Below, piece by piece: positions 1 through 14,341 of a DNA stretch of 64,000 nt (position 1 is the stretch's first letter; each line of letters opens with the position of its first letter). Made by a program: the position numbers and the translations under genes. The notes below the pieces were generated by a model. It was given only the letters and a program-made list of their open reading frames with translations. It was not told the DNA's origin and ran no database searches. This stretch comes from Octopus sinensis (taxonomy: Eukaryota), in assembly GCF_006345805.1 (NCBI RefSeq), contig NC_043005.1, positions 69,688,001 through 69,752,000 on the forward strand, read 5' to 3'.

Positions 1-289
1 CGTCATTGTAAGCTGTTTCAAGCATGATAGCTGTTTCGGTTGCCATTTTCCCCAGCGGAACACAGAATTTCGTTGCCGTTGGAAGACCGAGCATAACTCA
101 CCGAAGATGCGATTTGAAATGTTAACTTTCATGCCCAAATGACAATGTAACCTTCATATAATTAAGGTAACTTCAGCCTAATGAGTAGGTAGCCGAGTGT
201 CTTTCGTTGAGTAATTAATCCACAAGAGGAAATACTAGGTAGGAATCATATGTAGCATGGGATTCACATGTTCCACTTCCTAAATTTGA

Positions 290-358
<69 letters not shown>

Positions 359-1520
359 GTGTGTGTGTGTGTGTATGTGTGTGTGTGTGAGTGTGTATTC
401 ATAATACATGTGCATATATATAAGAATAATTTGAGGAAGCAATATCCACGTAAAAACAATCTCGATTTTTATTTTTTATTAGCTGTTGTAGTCCCGAATT
501 TAGAAACTGGTGCTTTTAGTGTGCTTCAATGCTTCTCTGGTATTGGTAGTAGTTCGTGTTGTGGTCCGGAATTTGTGAATGTTAGTAATTTTAATGTGTT
601 TCAATGTGTTGGCGTAAAGTCTATAACATGGATACACACACTCATAGATACAAAATACACGGAGATCACAAGTAGCTCAAATTTTAACCTACGGAATTTG
701 TCCTGTAGCGCCGTTTTTGACATTCCTAGTATTGATATTAGTTCTTGTGTGTTGTATGGTTTTTGTGCACCTTGTATGTTAAATGCAATATTTTATTCTT
801 AGAATCGGTAGAGATTTTGGCTTGAATGATTTGATTCATAGATAGCACCAATGCTGTTTATCAAAACTTTATTTCTTCCTAGTATATTTTTTCGTATATT
901 ACATAACACACGAAGAGTTATTGCTGTCCTTTTGCCACCTCTATTGCATTAATGTATGTGTAAATATGAAAATAGTTTAGTATGTGTGATAGGTAAGTTT
1001 AGCTTACTTTTCAAATGGATTCGATGTTTAAGTAGCATTGTAGCGTTTAATATTAGCTAAATTTTAAACGATACTTGCTAAGCACATAAAATATGCGTCT
1101 TTTAAAGTAAGTTTGTTTACATTTGAAAATATCTAAACTTTGTCGTCAACTAAGTCAAATACGATATTTCGTAACTCAGGACTAAAATTCACTTATTTTT
1201 CTTGAAGAGATCAAACAATATAAGATTATTGCATCTTTGAAGTTATATTTATTGATGAATCTTAAATATTGTTATAGCGAAACATATATTTGTATGAAGA
1301 ATATCTTTTGCAATGTAGAATATCTTTTGGGTTATTTTGTTGGCTGAGGCGGTTACTTTTACAATCTTATACTCTCATGGGTATATTGTTTCATCTTTTA
1401 ATCTCCAATGCTTTTCCAATTGTAATACAGTTAAAACAAACTAAGCATTTAAAAATTGTTTCTTCTCCATTTTCTTTTATTGACATTTTAAGTATATACA
1501 TACATGCACACATACATACC

Positions 1521-1579
<59 letters not shown>

Positions 1580-2141
1580 TATACATATATATATACATAT
1601 ATAAAGAGAGAGAGTTAAAGTGTGGTGGGGTACAGTAATAGATATGCACTATAAGTGCTTAGTTACGTTTACCTCGAAAACTTCCGTGTGAAGAGCAGCC
1701 AAGAAAAAGCACTGTTGAAGCTGCCTATCAAAGATGGTTAGAAGTGATTCGTACTTGAGCAGGAGAATATACATTGAAAACATTTCAATAATTGATATGT
1801 TTTACGACGACTCATCTGAAACATTTGATCATGGGTCTACCAACGAATGTCATCTTATTTTGCGTTCTTTTTAATTCCTTAATCTCTCGTTATACTTGGA
1901 AATAATAGTATCCTGGATTAAGGTTATTCTTCATTTCTCTATTTCTCTCTCTCTCTCTCTTTGTCTGATAATGCAATACCTAGGTAACGTTAAAATCTTT
2001 ACTCGATAATATAAGGGTCACATGCTCAGCTATTCTAGAAACAATTATAGAATATTTACCTTGTTTCTATAACTATTTTGCGCAGAGTTTAAATATATAT
2101 ATATATATAAATATATATACGCACACACACATACACACACC

Positions 2142-2180
<39 letters not shown>

Positions 2181-3367
2181 GCATCTACGTATGTAACTTA
2201 GTGGGTGAAGCACACTGTTCATGAATTTGTTCAGGGGCTTACAAGTCATAATGTGAAAAATGACGACGTTAATCTGAAAGAGGTTACCCTGCCGAAATGC
2301 GCATGCATTAATTTCGTGTTTACTGGGAAATCAACAATGGAGCAGCTAGTGGTGGAGGTAAAATGCCTGTCTCGTGCATCAAATGCCATTTGAAAAGACA
2401 TTGTCTAAAAATGTTGTCATTGCCACCTCTAAATAATTTGGTTGTAAAGTGTATTTGAAATTAATACCTGTGCTTATTCCCGCATAGCATACCTATACTT
2501 TGCGGACACAAAAATCACATCGGATAAAACATTTGTCTGTAAGGGAAGACAGTTTCCGTCTATGTGCATTGCAGTTAAGTTCATAATTTTCCTAATCATG
2601 AATACAGATTACAAAATATTTTTGTTATTTAGGCAAAGTATTTCGTGAATATGAATTGTCATATAAAATATTTCAACGTTAGATGCCTGGAGTAGACGCA
2701 AGCGATGTATTGGGATGAGTGAGCGAAGAAAAATAATGAAAGTAGTAGCAGCTGAAATCGGAGAGCACTTGGGAAGACAAAAACACCTCATAAAAATGAA
2801 GACACAAACACCTCATAAAAATGCGGTCACATAGTTAAGAAATTTAGCAGACACGACACGATGTTCCGAATTACGAACGCAACGTTTTACACGAAATATT
2901 ACTAAACGTATTAATTAATAGTCATTCCTGTAGTTACGATTCAACGCAATCGACATGCTTGGTCGAAGAGCGAGAGAGTGAGTAGAAGCAACAAGGATAT
3001 ATAATGTGCATTATCTACTAGGTTCATATGACCAATTTTCCTTAACGATCACATAATAAAGCTACAAAAGCAAAGTAATTTTTTAAAACAAAATCAGTTA
3101 CTTTCCCAAATTATCGTGATTATATCATAAATCATAAACGAAGTAGTAATTTCACAGTTTGGGTAAAAGAATTAAACAGATTCCATAATATTTCAAGTAA
3201 TACTGTTCGTGTTTTTAATAGTGGCTGAATTTGTACTATGTGTGTGGCATAAGAGATCTGTTAATCGATGTACATAACCAATCATCACATCGTCTGATGC
3301 CAATTTGTGTGTTTATCTTTTTATCTATCCATCTACTTATACATAAATACCTGCATACAAACATATA

Positions 3368-3407
<40 letters not shown>

Positions 3408-3732
3408 CATATGTACAAATGTGTGTTTGTGTATGTAGTTGTGTGTTTGTGCCTGTGAGATTCACACGAACTCGATAACAATTGCATTACATCTTAGAGC
3501 AGAAACAGCCGCGAGCGAAGGAAGTTCATGGCTTAAGAACTTATTTCCTTGTAATTTGTTTAATTTCTTATTACAGATCTGCACTCGGTTCTTTGTTCGT
3601 AACCATATGTGCACTGAGTTTCAAGTCAAGGTTATTAGTACGACTATGCCTAACCGAAATGATAACATACTCTCTCTCTCTCTCTCTCCTCTCTCTCCTC
3701 TCTTCTCTCTCTCTCTCTCTGTATATAATATA

Positions 3733-3772
<40 letters not shown>

Positions 3773-3896
3773 AATATGCGTGTGTGTCTGTACGTGTATG
3801 TATGTGCGTCTGTATGTCTGTGTGCGTGTGTGTGTTTGTGTGTATAATGTACGTGTGTGTGTGAGAGAGAGGAAATCATTGAGTAAAATAGATAGT

Positions 3897-3964
<68 letters not shown>

Positions 3965-4943
3965 CGCATAAAGACGCAGTCGCACACAAACACATACACA
4001 CGCGCATGTACATACAGGACGATGAGAATATGTGTAGGCTAAATAATGGGATGATTTCATGTGAATACATGCTAAATATATTCATTGGAAGAGAGGTTTT
4101 CTTTAGAAATATATTTTGTAAGGGAGAATACGGAAGAGCGTGCTCAGATTCCGTATGGATTTCATATAATAAATAGTTTCATGCATACACGTGAACGCCT
4201 TATTCATATGTTATATTACATTACAATATTATTCGTTGTGCTATACAAGCCGATGAGATGGCTATGACATGGATTGCAGATATCAGAATAGAGTCAATTG
4301 GATTACAGACACAAACACACGCACACACACTGGTGCAGATGAACACTCAAACAATGGGAATACATATACTCATACAACCATATATATAATGTGTGTGCGC
4401 GTATACACTCACACAAACACAAACACACACACACACCCGCATATATATATATATTGTGTGTGTGTGTGTGTGGTGTATGTTGTGTATGCATATATATATA
4501 TATATATATATAATATATATAATATATATATATAGAGAGAGAAGAGAGAGAGAGATAAATAGATAGAGATATAGATTGATAGATAGATAGATACATATGT
4601 ATATGTATATATGTACTAATAAGTTATGATTCAAGTATTTCACCATGCAACTTTCTTCCATACTATGCTAACAGGCAGTGTCTCAGACTACGTTCCTTTC
4701 AAGCGCTTTGTATTTCTGTTTGTGAACGTATTGGTGCACGTGAGTGACTCCCTAAAGTAAATATACGGGATTTTATTCGAATTTAAAGGTGTGAGACTTA
4801 GTAACACCAGCACATGCAATATAATATTTTTACTATTATATTATATCAAATAATATTTCTTTGTATACCACAGTATGGACTGAATTGAAGTAGCTACCGT
4901 ATCAATTACCAAACTCATCCTATAGAGAAATGTTTGCTTGGTA

Positions 4944-5305
4944 GGCGCATGGCTCAGCTTTTAATGCGTCGGGCTTACTTACAACTCTGATATTTTGAGT
5001 TCAATCACCGGACCGAACTGTGTGGTGTATACTTCAGCAAGACACTTTAGAAATGAATAGAAATGAAACCAGATGTCATTAGTGTAAACTTGTATCCGCC
5101 TGTGCCTTGATTATGGTGGCGATCTGGCAGAATCGTTTGCGGCATTTCGTCCTCCTTCATTTTCTGGGCTTATATTCCGCTTTTTATTGACTTTGCATTC
5201 TATCGTTCTGGGATCAAAAAAATATGTACCAGTTAATTGCTGGGGTCGATATAATGTATTTATACCCTTCCGGAACTTGCTGGCATTGTGCCAAAATTTG
5301 AAACT
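4944..5305 (+). mobile_element. tRNA-derived SINE (decayed), family B
   Basis: tRNA-like head GGCGCATGGCTCAG...GAGTTCAATC followed by the body motif GTACCAGTTAATTGCTGGGGTCGAT, which recurs inverted at 9.8, 27.6, 41.6 and 41.9 kb. Confidence 0.6.
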
Positions 5306-5803
5306 AATATCTGAATTGTTTGTGGAAAATAAAGTAACGAGATTTGGGTTTATCACGTTTCCTCTTTTACGCTACATGTATATCTATAAAATTTGCAATC
5401 CATAAAATAGAATAGCACATATCTCTCTGCATTAAAATTATTTTAGTAAATTGAAACAGGCAAATTGAAGGTGTAGATAACCTCATAGTTAGTTATTAAA
5501 CAATTTCTTTATAGATCATACGATGTGAAAATGTATTAATTGATTATGATTTTATGATAAGGTATAAGTTTATTATAAGTAAGCAGAATATATCTGAAAG
5601 GAAGAGAAATATCAACGCACATGACCATATGAACAACTTCAATATTTCCTAACCTATCCACGCTCTCTGCCCCCCTCTTTCACACTCTTTCGTACACACA
5701 CATAGAAAGTTGCTCATGCAGAGTATATGCATATTTATATACATATTTATACACACACACATATATATGTAAATGTATATGTAAATATATCATTCCATAT
5801 CTA

Positions 5804-5846
<43 letters not shown>

Positions 5847-6840
5847 CTGTATATATATATATATAGTATATATATATTATATTATATATATTATATATAT
5901 ATATATGTATGTATGTATGTATATATATTATATATATATATATTATATAATATATATACATATATGGCAGTAAATTCAACTGCAAAATTGCCGTACAGTA
6001 CAGATAATCTTCATTCAAGCAGGGTCTCTACGGTAAAAGGAAAAAAAGATATATCGTTCTCAACATCATTTTTATACGAAGGAGGCATCGCCTTATGTGG
6101 AGCTAGGTTGTCTTCTTTCAGATATAGATGTAGCTGGATATGCTACGTGCCCTATCATAGTCAGTGCAACGGTTGATGGTCTCTTCCTTTTTTTCCGCTG
6201 TAGGTATCTTAAAATCGATGTCAGTACAAATATTTCAAGCAGTATTTTTCTAATGTCAGCGATATGATAAACTGCCAAACATTGATATATTTACAAAGGA
6301 AGCTGAAAACTTTGATAGTTTTATCCACTTAACAATTGTTTTTCTCGTATTCAAATCTCAATGTTTCACACAAAAGTTCATTTTCTTCATGAATTTTTTT
6401 TTTCACCTTGCTTCAACTGTCTGCAATTTTTTTCTTCTTAAGCCTGTTTGTTCTACATTTCTAATCGATTGGCACGCACTTTGTTCCTCTTAGTTGCGTC
6501 AAATACATATATTTGTTTGTTTATCTATGTACGCATGCACGTTCACACATGCATATACCCACACTTACTTTCATTGCATTCTTAATATTTTTTGTTGCAT
6601 CTTTCTCCGATTCTAAGCACCTCACTCACTTACCGCTTCTCAAACTTCTATAATTCATGCATTTTTTTCGTTTCTTCCATGTCCATTATGTTCATGTTGT
6701 GTTATTACTTAACGTTTTGTTTTAATTAATTTTATCACTTTTGTTTCCTGCACTGTTTACTCTTCTTTGTCAATCTTTTTCTACTCAGTCACATTCATAT
6801 CAAACGCACAACGCTGCAAAAATACAAATGAAATGAAAGC

Positions 6841-6905
<65 letters not shown>

Positions 6906-7049
6906 TTATATATATATAAATTCCATCAACAAGAGACTATACAATGTGTGTGTATATGCATGACGGTATGTATGAATGTATGTAGATATGTATGAATCTA
7001 TGTATGAATGCATGTACTCCAAGAGAACAAAATAATGATGATAATAATA

Positions 7050-9550
7050 ATAATAATAATGTGAAATTGCCAAGCAAAATAGATAAAGAAAGCGGTCTGA
7101 ATGAGACTGGAACAAATGGTGCGGCACTCTGCAGCAGGGTGGGCCGGCTCATAATCCAGCAGCTGCTAGCTATGCTACAAGACATAAGCGGAGTAAACAA
7201 GATGCTTATGAAATGTTACTACCTGAGCACCGCAGTGGATGCAAATGTCGTGTCTGTCAGAGGGTACAAAAAGCGAATGCACAGTGAATGGCAGGCATGG
7301 AACTGTTCGATATTACTGAACAGAGATTATGAGACCAAGCAAGAGCAATACGAAAGAATGGATGGTTAACAGAATTGGAGCTAGAAGCTACTAAAAGAAG
7401 GATAACGAGTGAGGCTAGTCATGCGAGAAACGAAAGTTGTATAGTAGAAGAGATGGACAGAAGAATATAATACTGTGAATTATGAAAGAATTAAGATCAG
7501 TGACTATTCAACATATGAAGATCGAGTAATAATAGACATAATTTGGGATCTATAAAATACAGAAGGCGAAAAATGTATGTGCGACATTAAGAAGGCTAAC
7601 CAATGGAGACTAAATCAAGAAAGTAATAAGGTCAATAATGTACTGAGACACATTAAAACAAAGAACATCAAACAAACAAATCGTCTTGTCAAGGTTATTA
7701 GTAGGAATGTGGCAGAAAGAATGGGATTGAGAACTACTGAGAATAGAACAGCGATGGACAGAAGAGAAAATAAACAATGGTTGTGGAAAAGAAGAATATA
7801 TGAAGATATAAGCTCCTTGAACAGTTTAGTGTCAGTACGTGTCTGGAAAATAAATTCGGATTTTAAAGATAAATAGAAATTCGAAAAAGTTAGGAAGAAA
7901 TACGGTGTAGATACAAAAAGTCTGAATGTTTTAACTGAAGAATGAAGCAGCCCCTACGGATTAAGCAATACCAGCAAAAATATTGTTTAAAACCGACCAG
8001 CGAAAAGTTTACCAACAGATTAATGATGATAAAAAACGTGAAAGATCAATCCCTGATGATGATGAAAGTAAACATTTTTAGGGTAAGATATGGAGTAAGT
8101 ATGAACAACACAATACTAAAACTGGATGGCTCTGCAGCCTGAAGCAAACAGCTTCTTATCTACAGCAAGAGGCTATCCACGTCATAGAAAATAATTTCAG
8201 AACTACGAATAAAAAGAGAAGCAATTGGAAAGCAGCAGGAAAGGAACTGATGGTGTACAGGGTGATTGGATAAAAATGTTCAGTATTTATCATAAACTGA
8301 TCGCAGAGCAATTTAATGCATTGATTAAAGGAGAAGAAACCTCGGGATGTTTGACAAAAGGAGGAGCCGGTGTTGTGCCTGAAATATTTATCAAATGGAA
8401 AAGCGGCTGCCAATTTGTTCCCTCTTATTAATGTGGAAGTTACTGTCAGGAGGAATTGCAGAAGGATTGTATAAATTCCTGGATGAAAACGGTATATTAC
8501 CGCCCGAACAAAAAGGCTGTAGAAGATACACAGCTACGAATGATGCACTATTGATAGACGACAAAATGTTAATGCAAGATTGTAAACGAAGGCGAAAAAA
8601 TCTGAGAATGGCCTGGATTGACTATCGCAGACCTTATAAAATGATTCCACATTCGTGAATCATCGAGTGCTTAAATATGTTTGGAATTGCGAGGAAGATA
8701 CGGTGTTTCCCGAAAAGAAGTATGGTGGGATGGAAAACAGAACTGACAACTTATGGAAAGAGCTTGGGCATTTACTTTCGGTGATTTTTGTTCTGTGCAT
8801 GATACCCCTGATTTTGGTACTAAGGAAAATGAACCTGGTATACAAATAAACAGAAAAATCTCAAGCAATAAACCACGTTCCCTTTATGGATGATTTGAAA
8901 TTGTATGGCAAAGATGAGACTCAAGTGAGTTCCTTTGTGAACACGGTCCACTGTTTTAGTACTGATATAAGAATTGAATTTATACTCAAGAAATGCGGAA
9001 TAATTTACCTAGCAGGGATAAAATTACCGATCAGAGACCTGATTAAAGAAATTGAAAGAAGGATATAAATACGTTGGTGTACCAGAGTCCAAAGAGATAA
9101 TGAAAAAGGAAATGAAAGAGCAACCGATGATGGAGTATTTCCGAAGACTGGGGTTGGTGTTGCGTTCAAAATTGACTGGATTGAATAAAATCCAAGCAGG
9201 TAATACGTGAGTGAGAGCATCACTTCGGTATTGAGTAAGAATTATAAATTAGCAAAAGAAAGATGTGAAGAAAATGAATATCAAGACCAGAAAAATGTTG
9301 ACAGTACACAGAGCCTTCTATATTAAGTGGGACACCGATTGACTGTACTTGTCCAGACGGAGGGGGAATATTTAATAAGTTCCCGGGACTGTATCGAAGC
9401 AGAGGAAAACAGCCTAGGGTGGTATTTTAAAATGCCGTGGAGCCAATGATGAAAGACACGAAGAAGGCCGTCGCCATCAACACTGCAAATTTTGTAACTA
9501 GAGAAAAAATTTAAACAAGAAATGAACAAAACAAAAAGTAAAAGTATGCT
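7050..9550 (+). mobile_element. Decayed R4/Dong-like non-LTR retrotransposon (RT region), frameshifted, 3' end missing
   Basis: Motifs in order across frames: MKCYYLS...[64 protein letters not shown]...IEFILKKCG, DCIEAEENSLGWY. Many stops and frameshifts. Confidence 0.85.
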
Positions 9551-9728
9551 CTCTCACTCTAATAATATGGAGAAGATGAAGGAAAGGAAGAAAAGAAAAT
9601 GAATTGTTATTACTATTATTGTCGTTTTTATTATTACTGTTGTTATTATTATCGTTATTATCATTTATATTGTTATTCATTTTCTTTTTCTTCCTCTTTT
9701 GCACTGCTTCAGTCAATAAGTAATAGAC

Positions 9729-9790
<62 letters not shown>

Positions 9791-9823
9791 AATAATAATA
9801 ATAATAATGATAATGACAGTGAT

Positions 9824-9995
9824 GGTTTCAAATTTGGCCACGAGTCCAGTAATTATGGGGCAGTTTGGAAATGTCAATTACATAAATACCAGCGCTAAAC
9901 TGGTACGTAATTTATCGACCCCGAATAGATGAGAGGAAAAGTTGACCTCGGAGGAATTCGAAATTAAATGATAGCCGGAAGAAACGTTGTACCAG
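9824..9995 (-). mobile_element. SINE family B fragment
   Basis: CTGGTACGTAATTTATCGACCCCGAATAGATGAGAGGAAAAGTTGACCTCGGAGGAATT is shared with the 27.6 and 41.6 kb copies; abuts (AAT/AAC)n. Confidence 0.7.
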
Positions 9996-10610
9996 GCCAA
10001 GGGATCAATATCAAAAGTTCGTACACTCTGTATATCGAACGAAATAACTATTTCTAAAATAACGGCAATTAAATTAGACTCCTATCATGTGAGATTTCAG
10101 AACGAGAATACGACAAAGAACAGTATAATTTTCAAAAACCGTGGCTTGGAATATATTAGTGGAAACAGATTAAGAGCTAAGTTATTCTATTGGCGATTTA
10201 GCTATAATTGTGTGAGGCTAAATATATTAATTTCAGAAAATGGTGTTTTTGTGTATGCATGTACATGCACTTGTAATTGTTCGTGTGTTAGAAGCGTGTA
10301 TATGATCGATATATTTAAATAGATAGAGAAAGAGCCTGAGACAACACGTTTCACATGAATGCATAGATATGGATCGATGGACGTATGGATGGAGATAGCT
10401 GAATGAATAAATGATTGAATGCAGGCGTCACAAGATGGAAGATTTGATCATTCTTGAAAAGGATACTCTGATAGAAGTAGAGATCTATGGATCGATGGAT
10501 AAAGAGAAATATAAGTAGAGAATTAGATCGATATATTGACATCTAGATAAATATATAGACATGCTGACAGAGAGATTAATAATTTGGATAGTATAAAAAT
10601 ACTTGGATGA

Positions 10611-10642
<32 letters not shown>

Positions 10643-11194
10643 ATGTGTAGGTATGTATGTATATACACATATACTTATATATGAGAATATCAAACGCCTT
10701 TATAATTAAATGAATCAGAAAATATAGAAAGGGCACACGCATGGAATCTCTGACGGACGATCTTATTTTACCCCTGATGCACTTACAGGAAATTATAGAG
10801 TGTATCTTTGATGTCTTGTGAAATATTTTACTTTGGTATTCAATCGCAATTTATAACTGGAGTTCATTAAAAATGGCAATGATCACTGTAGGAGAAGTAT
10901 TATTGTGAATATATTTTAATGTAACAGAGGATGGTGATGTGGATGAGGAGGAGGCGAAGAAAAAATACGAATATGCAGATGTTGAGATGAAGATGATGAC
11001 GATGAAGATGACGATGTGGAGGATTATGTTTATAATAATAATAACATAAGAGATTAATTAATTTTTTTAATCACCTTATGCCAGAACGATCGTGCCGGCT
11101 CTAGATATTTACATATATGTACAATTATATATACACACGCACACACACACACACACATACACACACATAGGTATATATGTATATATGTGTGTGA

Positions 11195-11229
<35 letters not shown>

Positions 11230-11316
11230 CATACATATATATACATGTATATATATATATACATGTATATATATATATATATATAAGCAATAAAGGGTTT
11301 AGCAACGAATTGCCTT

Positions 11317-11355
<39 letters not shown>

Positions 11356-11370
11356 TATTATATATAATAT

Positions 11371-11399
<29 letters not shown>

Positions 11400-11413
<14 letters not shown>

Positions 11414-12700
11414 TAATGTTCATATAATCGATATCCAGAAAACTTGTTAGCGTTGGAGAGGTGGCAGGGTTCATGCTTGACATTTGGATGTATGGACTGT
11501 TTTCTGTGCAAGGAGGAGGATAACGTTTCCTCCCCAATGTTTGAAAATTTCGCTGTTGATGGTATAATATGTGTATAACGTTATATCTTTAAATTTTTAT
11601 ATGTGTATGCGTTTGTACATATATGTGTACATTTGTAACTATCGGTATGTAACAGTAATTTTCACACGAGATAATTATAGAATTATTTAATGTGTTGTTA
11701 TAACTTATGTTGGTGTATGTATAACTTTCTTAAATATAAAAGCCGATTTTAACGTCAAAACAATGCAGGTTATACAGAAGTAATTATAATTTCGATACTT
11801 AGTACAATTATTTAATATTTCAGCATTTCATGTTTTCCCTTGAATATGCCGATTTTGTCTGGTGGTTTGATAATATCTTGACGTTTAGTAAATGACTACA
11901 GAAAAACACTCTACATAAAGACTTTTTAGAATCGTAGCTTGTTGGTGATCTTGCTTTTTCAATCACTGCATCTGCTGCGCATCCTCTCGATCTCATTTCC
12001 ACTGTTGGTCGTCTTAGGTCTGTTGTGCTGGTAGGATTTATAATATTCAAGTAAGTCCCTGCATGCAATAATTATTTGCGAATGTTTCGTTCATTGTGAT
12101 TTTTGTTTGAAAATGAAGCAGTTTTAAGGAACAAGTGTTACTGAAGTGCTCCACTTCAAATTTTAGATCCGCATGGATTTTGTTGAATATATTGTTATAT
12201 TCTGAGAGTATTCGCGAGATAATGATGTCACCACGGATCTAGCTAAATATGAAGATGTCCTCCACGCATGTAGCGAAAAAGTCAAGGACGTGACAATGTT
12301 GAATGCTCTGTATTCCAACTAGTCCATGAATGTAGTGGCTCATAGACCTGTCAAACTTTACCTTACCAGCAGTTTAGAGATTTCTTTGTAAATGGACCGC
12401 TCGAATTGCAATTAAATATATTCCAATATACTTCTTAAAATTCGTGAATATCTGCAGCTGTGAGCGCAAAGCAACTAAATGTATGAGAGGCGGGAATGTG
12501 TACCATTAGCAAGTAGATAGAAGGGTCACCGGGACGGAGCTGCATAACGAAACAACTCCGCTAAATATATGGATCGAAATCTTTCTGCTTGTTGAGGACT
12601 TCCGTGCAGGTTTCAACATGACTGGCAAGGTTTTAAATAGCGTCTCAAGAATATTAGATGCAAGGGATTTTGTTGAAGTGTCCGCTAATAATGGAGATAG
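11400..12700 (-). mobile_element. Decayed Penelope-like element reverse transcriptase
   Basis: Minus strand reads YKEI...ATTFMD*LEYRAFNIV..L.F(fs)ATCVEDIFI, resembling the PLE RT motifs YKQ..G.AMG..LS..LA.IFM..LE and RYVDDIF. Heavily decayed. Confidence 0.6.
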
Positions 12701-13129
12701 TAGTTCTAAATTTTAAATTTAATTCTGATTTATTTGATGAGGATCGTATCTTTAAACAACACATTATTTATACGTATACGTCTAATGGCACAGATAATTA
12801 TATTCTCATTAAAGTAGTATTGGCAAATAATGGGGGGAAATGGTCATGAAGCAGAATAATGTTAATTTTGATATGTTGAGTTTGTTCTTCATTAAAAAAA
12901 GGTGACGGAGGTATTGCTGTTGATGCTGCTGCTACTGCTACTACTACTAGTAGTCTACTGGTGTTGTTACTATCTAGTTTCTTCCCTCTCTCTCCATATG
13001 TATATATATGTGTGTATGTGTGTAAATACTTACATACATATATGTATATATATATATTGTTTGTGTGTGTGTGTGTTGTGTGTGCATATATATATATATA
13101 TATGTATGTATATATATATATTGCTTATA

Positions 13130-13173
<44 letters not shown>

Positions 13174-13181
13174 CATATATA

Positions 13182-13244
<63 letters not shown>

Positions 13245-13676
13245 TGTGTGTGTGAAGAAGGCGAACGATTGGTCAAGGCTCTGACATTTAATTTCATTTA
13301 ATTCAGTCTAAAAATAGTAAATTAATAGAAAACTGGTCAATGAATTTAAATAGTCCTGCTTTGCCTAATTGTTTGCCTTCCTCACTACTTTAACCGACAC
13401 GTACTAACTCAAAGGTAAGCTAACAACTGCTACATTCTTTCGAACAATATTTTCACACAACCACAACCCCAGCTAGTGTTCTAACTAAAATTTGAGGAAT
13501 TACCTATTGGAGGATTCATAATTAATTATAAAATATATAAAAAATATAAAATATAAATATAAAAATCCAATTATATATATTATATATATAAATATAGATA
13601 TATATATATATATATCTATTATTAGTGAATTGAAGAAAAGGAGTTGAACGAAGATTGAACAGAAATCGTCTTATTA

Positions 13677-13760
13677 CATTCTACACCTGTTTCGAGGGCA
13701 CAATTTACCAAATTCCGATTGAATAAAGAGACCTATTGTGTCTTTCTCTTCAGGAGAAAT
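13677..13760 (-). ncRNA. Mirror hammerhead motif in left arm
   Basis: Minus strand CTGAAGA (13753-47)...GAAA CAGGTG TA GAATG; helix III palindrome carries one substitution. Confidence 0.5.
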
Positions 13761-13915
13761 GGAAATCGTTGGAAAAAACAAAACAGAAACAGAGGCGGAG
13801 CAAAACAAATCGAACGAGGCTCTTAGGAGCCTCGTTCGATTGTTTGCTTCAGGAGCCTCGTTCGATTTGTTTTGCTCCGCCTCTGTTGTTTTTGTTTTTT
13901 CCAACGGATTTCCTA

Positions 13916-14001
13916 TTTCTTCCTGAAGAGAAAAGACACAATATGGTCTCTTTATTCAATAGAATTTGGTAAATTGTGCCTTTCGAAACACGTGTAGAAT
14001 G
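13916..14001 (+). ncRNA. Type I hammerhead ribozyme motif, long helix II
   Basis: CTGAAGA 13923-29; helix II GAAAAGACACAAT/ATTGTGCCTTTC; GAAA 13985-88; palindromic CACGTG; triplet GTA (cut after 13996). Stem I is only about 3 bp (TTC/GAA). Confidence 0.65.
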
Positions 14002-14298
14002 CAATAAAACGATTCTGTTCAATCTTCGTTCAACTCCATTCTTCAATCCACAAGATATTAAAATTCAATTATCCGCACCAACGCACGGTTGCAACACCAT
14101 AGGGTTGTACCTCCAACCGTGCTGGCTTTTGCTGTGATTTTGCTACCAAGGTATCGGTTAAACTTTTGATTAATCTGCAACAAGATTATCATTTTCTATT
14201 TCACAAAAATATATATATAGTATATATATATGTATATATAATATATGTAATATCCAATATATATAATATATATATATATAATAGATATATATATATAG

Positions 14299-14341
<43 letters not shown>

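Larger units (their letters stand above)
13625..14051. mobile_element. Fold-back (palindromic) HHR-bearing element, PLE terminal-repeat-like
   Basis: Arms 13625-13822 and 13853-14051 are reverse complements with many 1-nt indels. The centre holds an extra 26-nt partial copy (AGGAGCCTCGTTCGATT at 13825 and 13851). Confidence 0.8.

Noticed and set aside
420-960. Coding-looking stretch on the minus strand (IAFNIQGAQKPYNTQELISILGMSK...)
   Set aside because: Interrupted by stops and I cannot assign a family; probably retroelement debris.
3577-3630. Candidate exon after TTTCTTATTACAG
   Set aside because: Weak donor (GTTATT), no recognisable peptide, no partner exons.
6122-6203. Candidate exon IDVAGYATCPIIVSATVDGLFLFFRC between TTCTTTCAG and GTATCT
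   Set aside because: Good acceptor but modest donor and no recognisable homology; it could equally be antisense retroelement debris. Needs RNA-seq.
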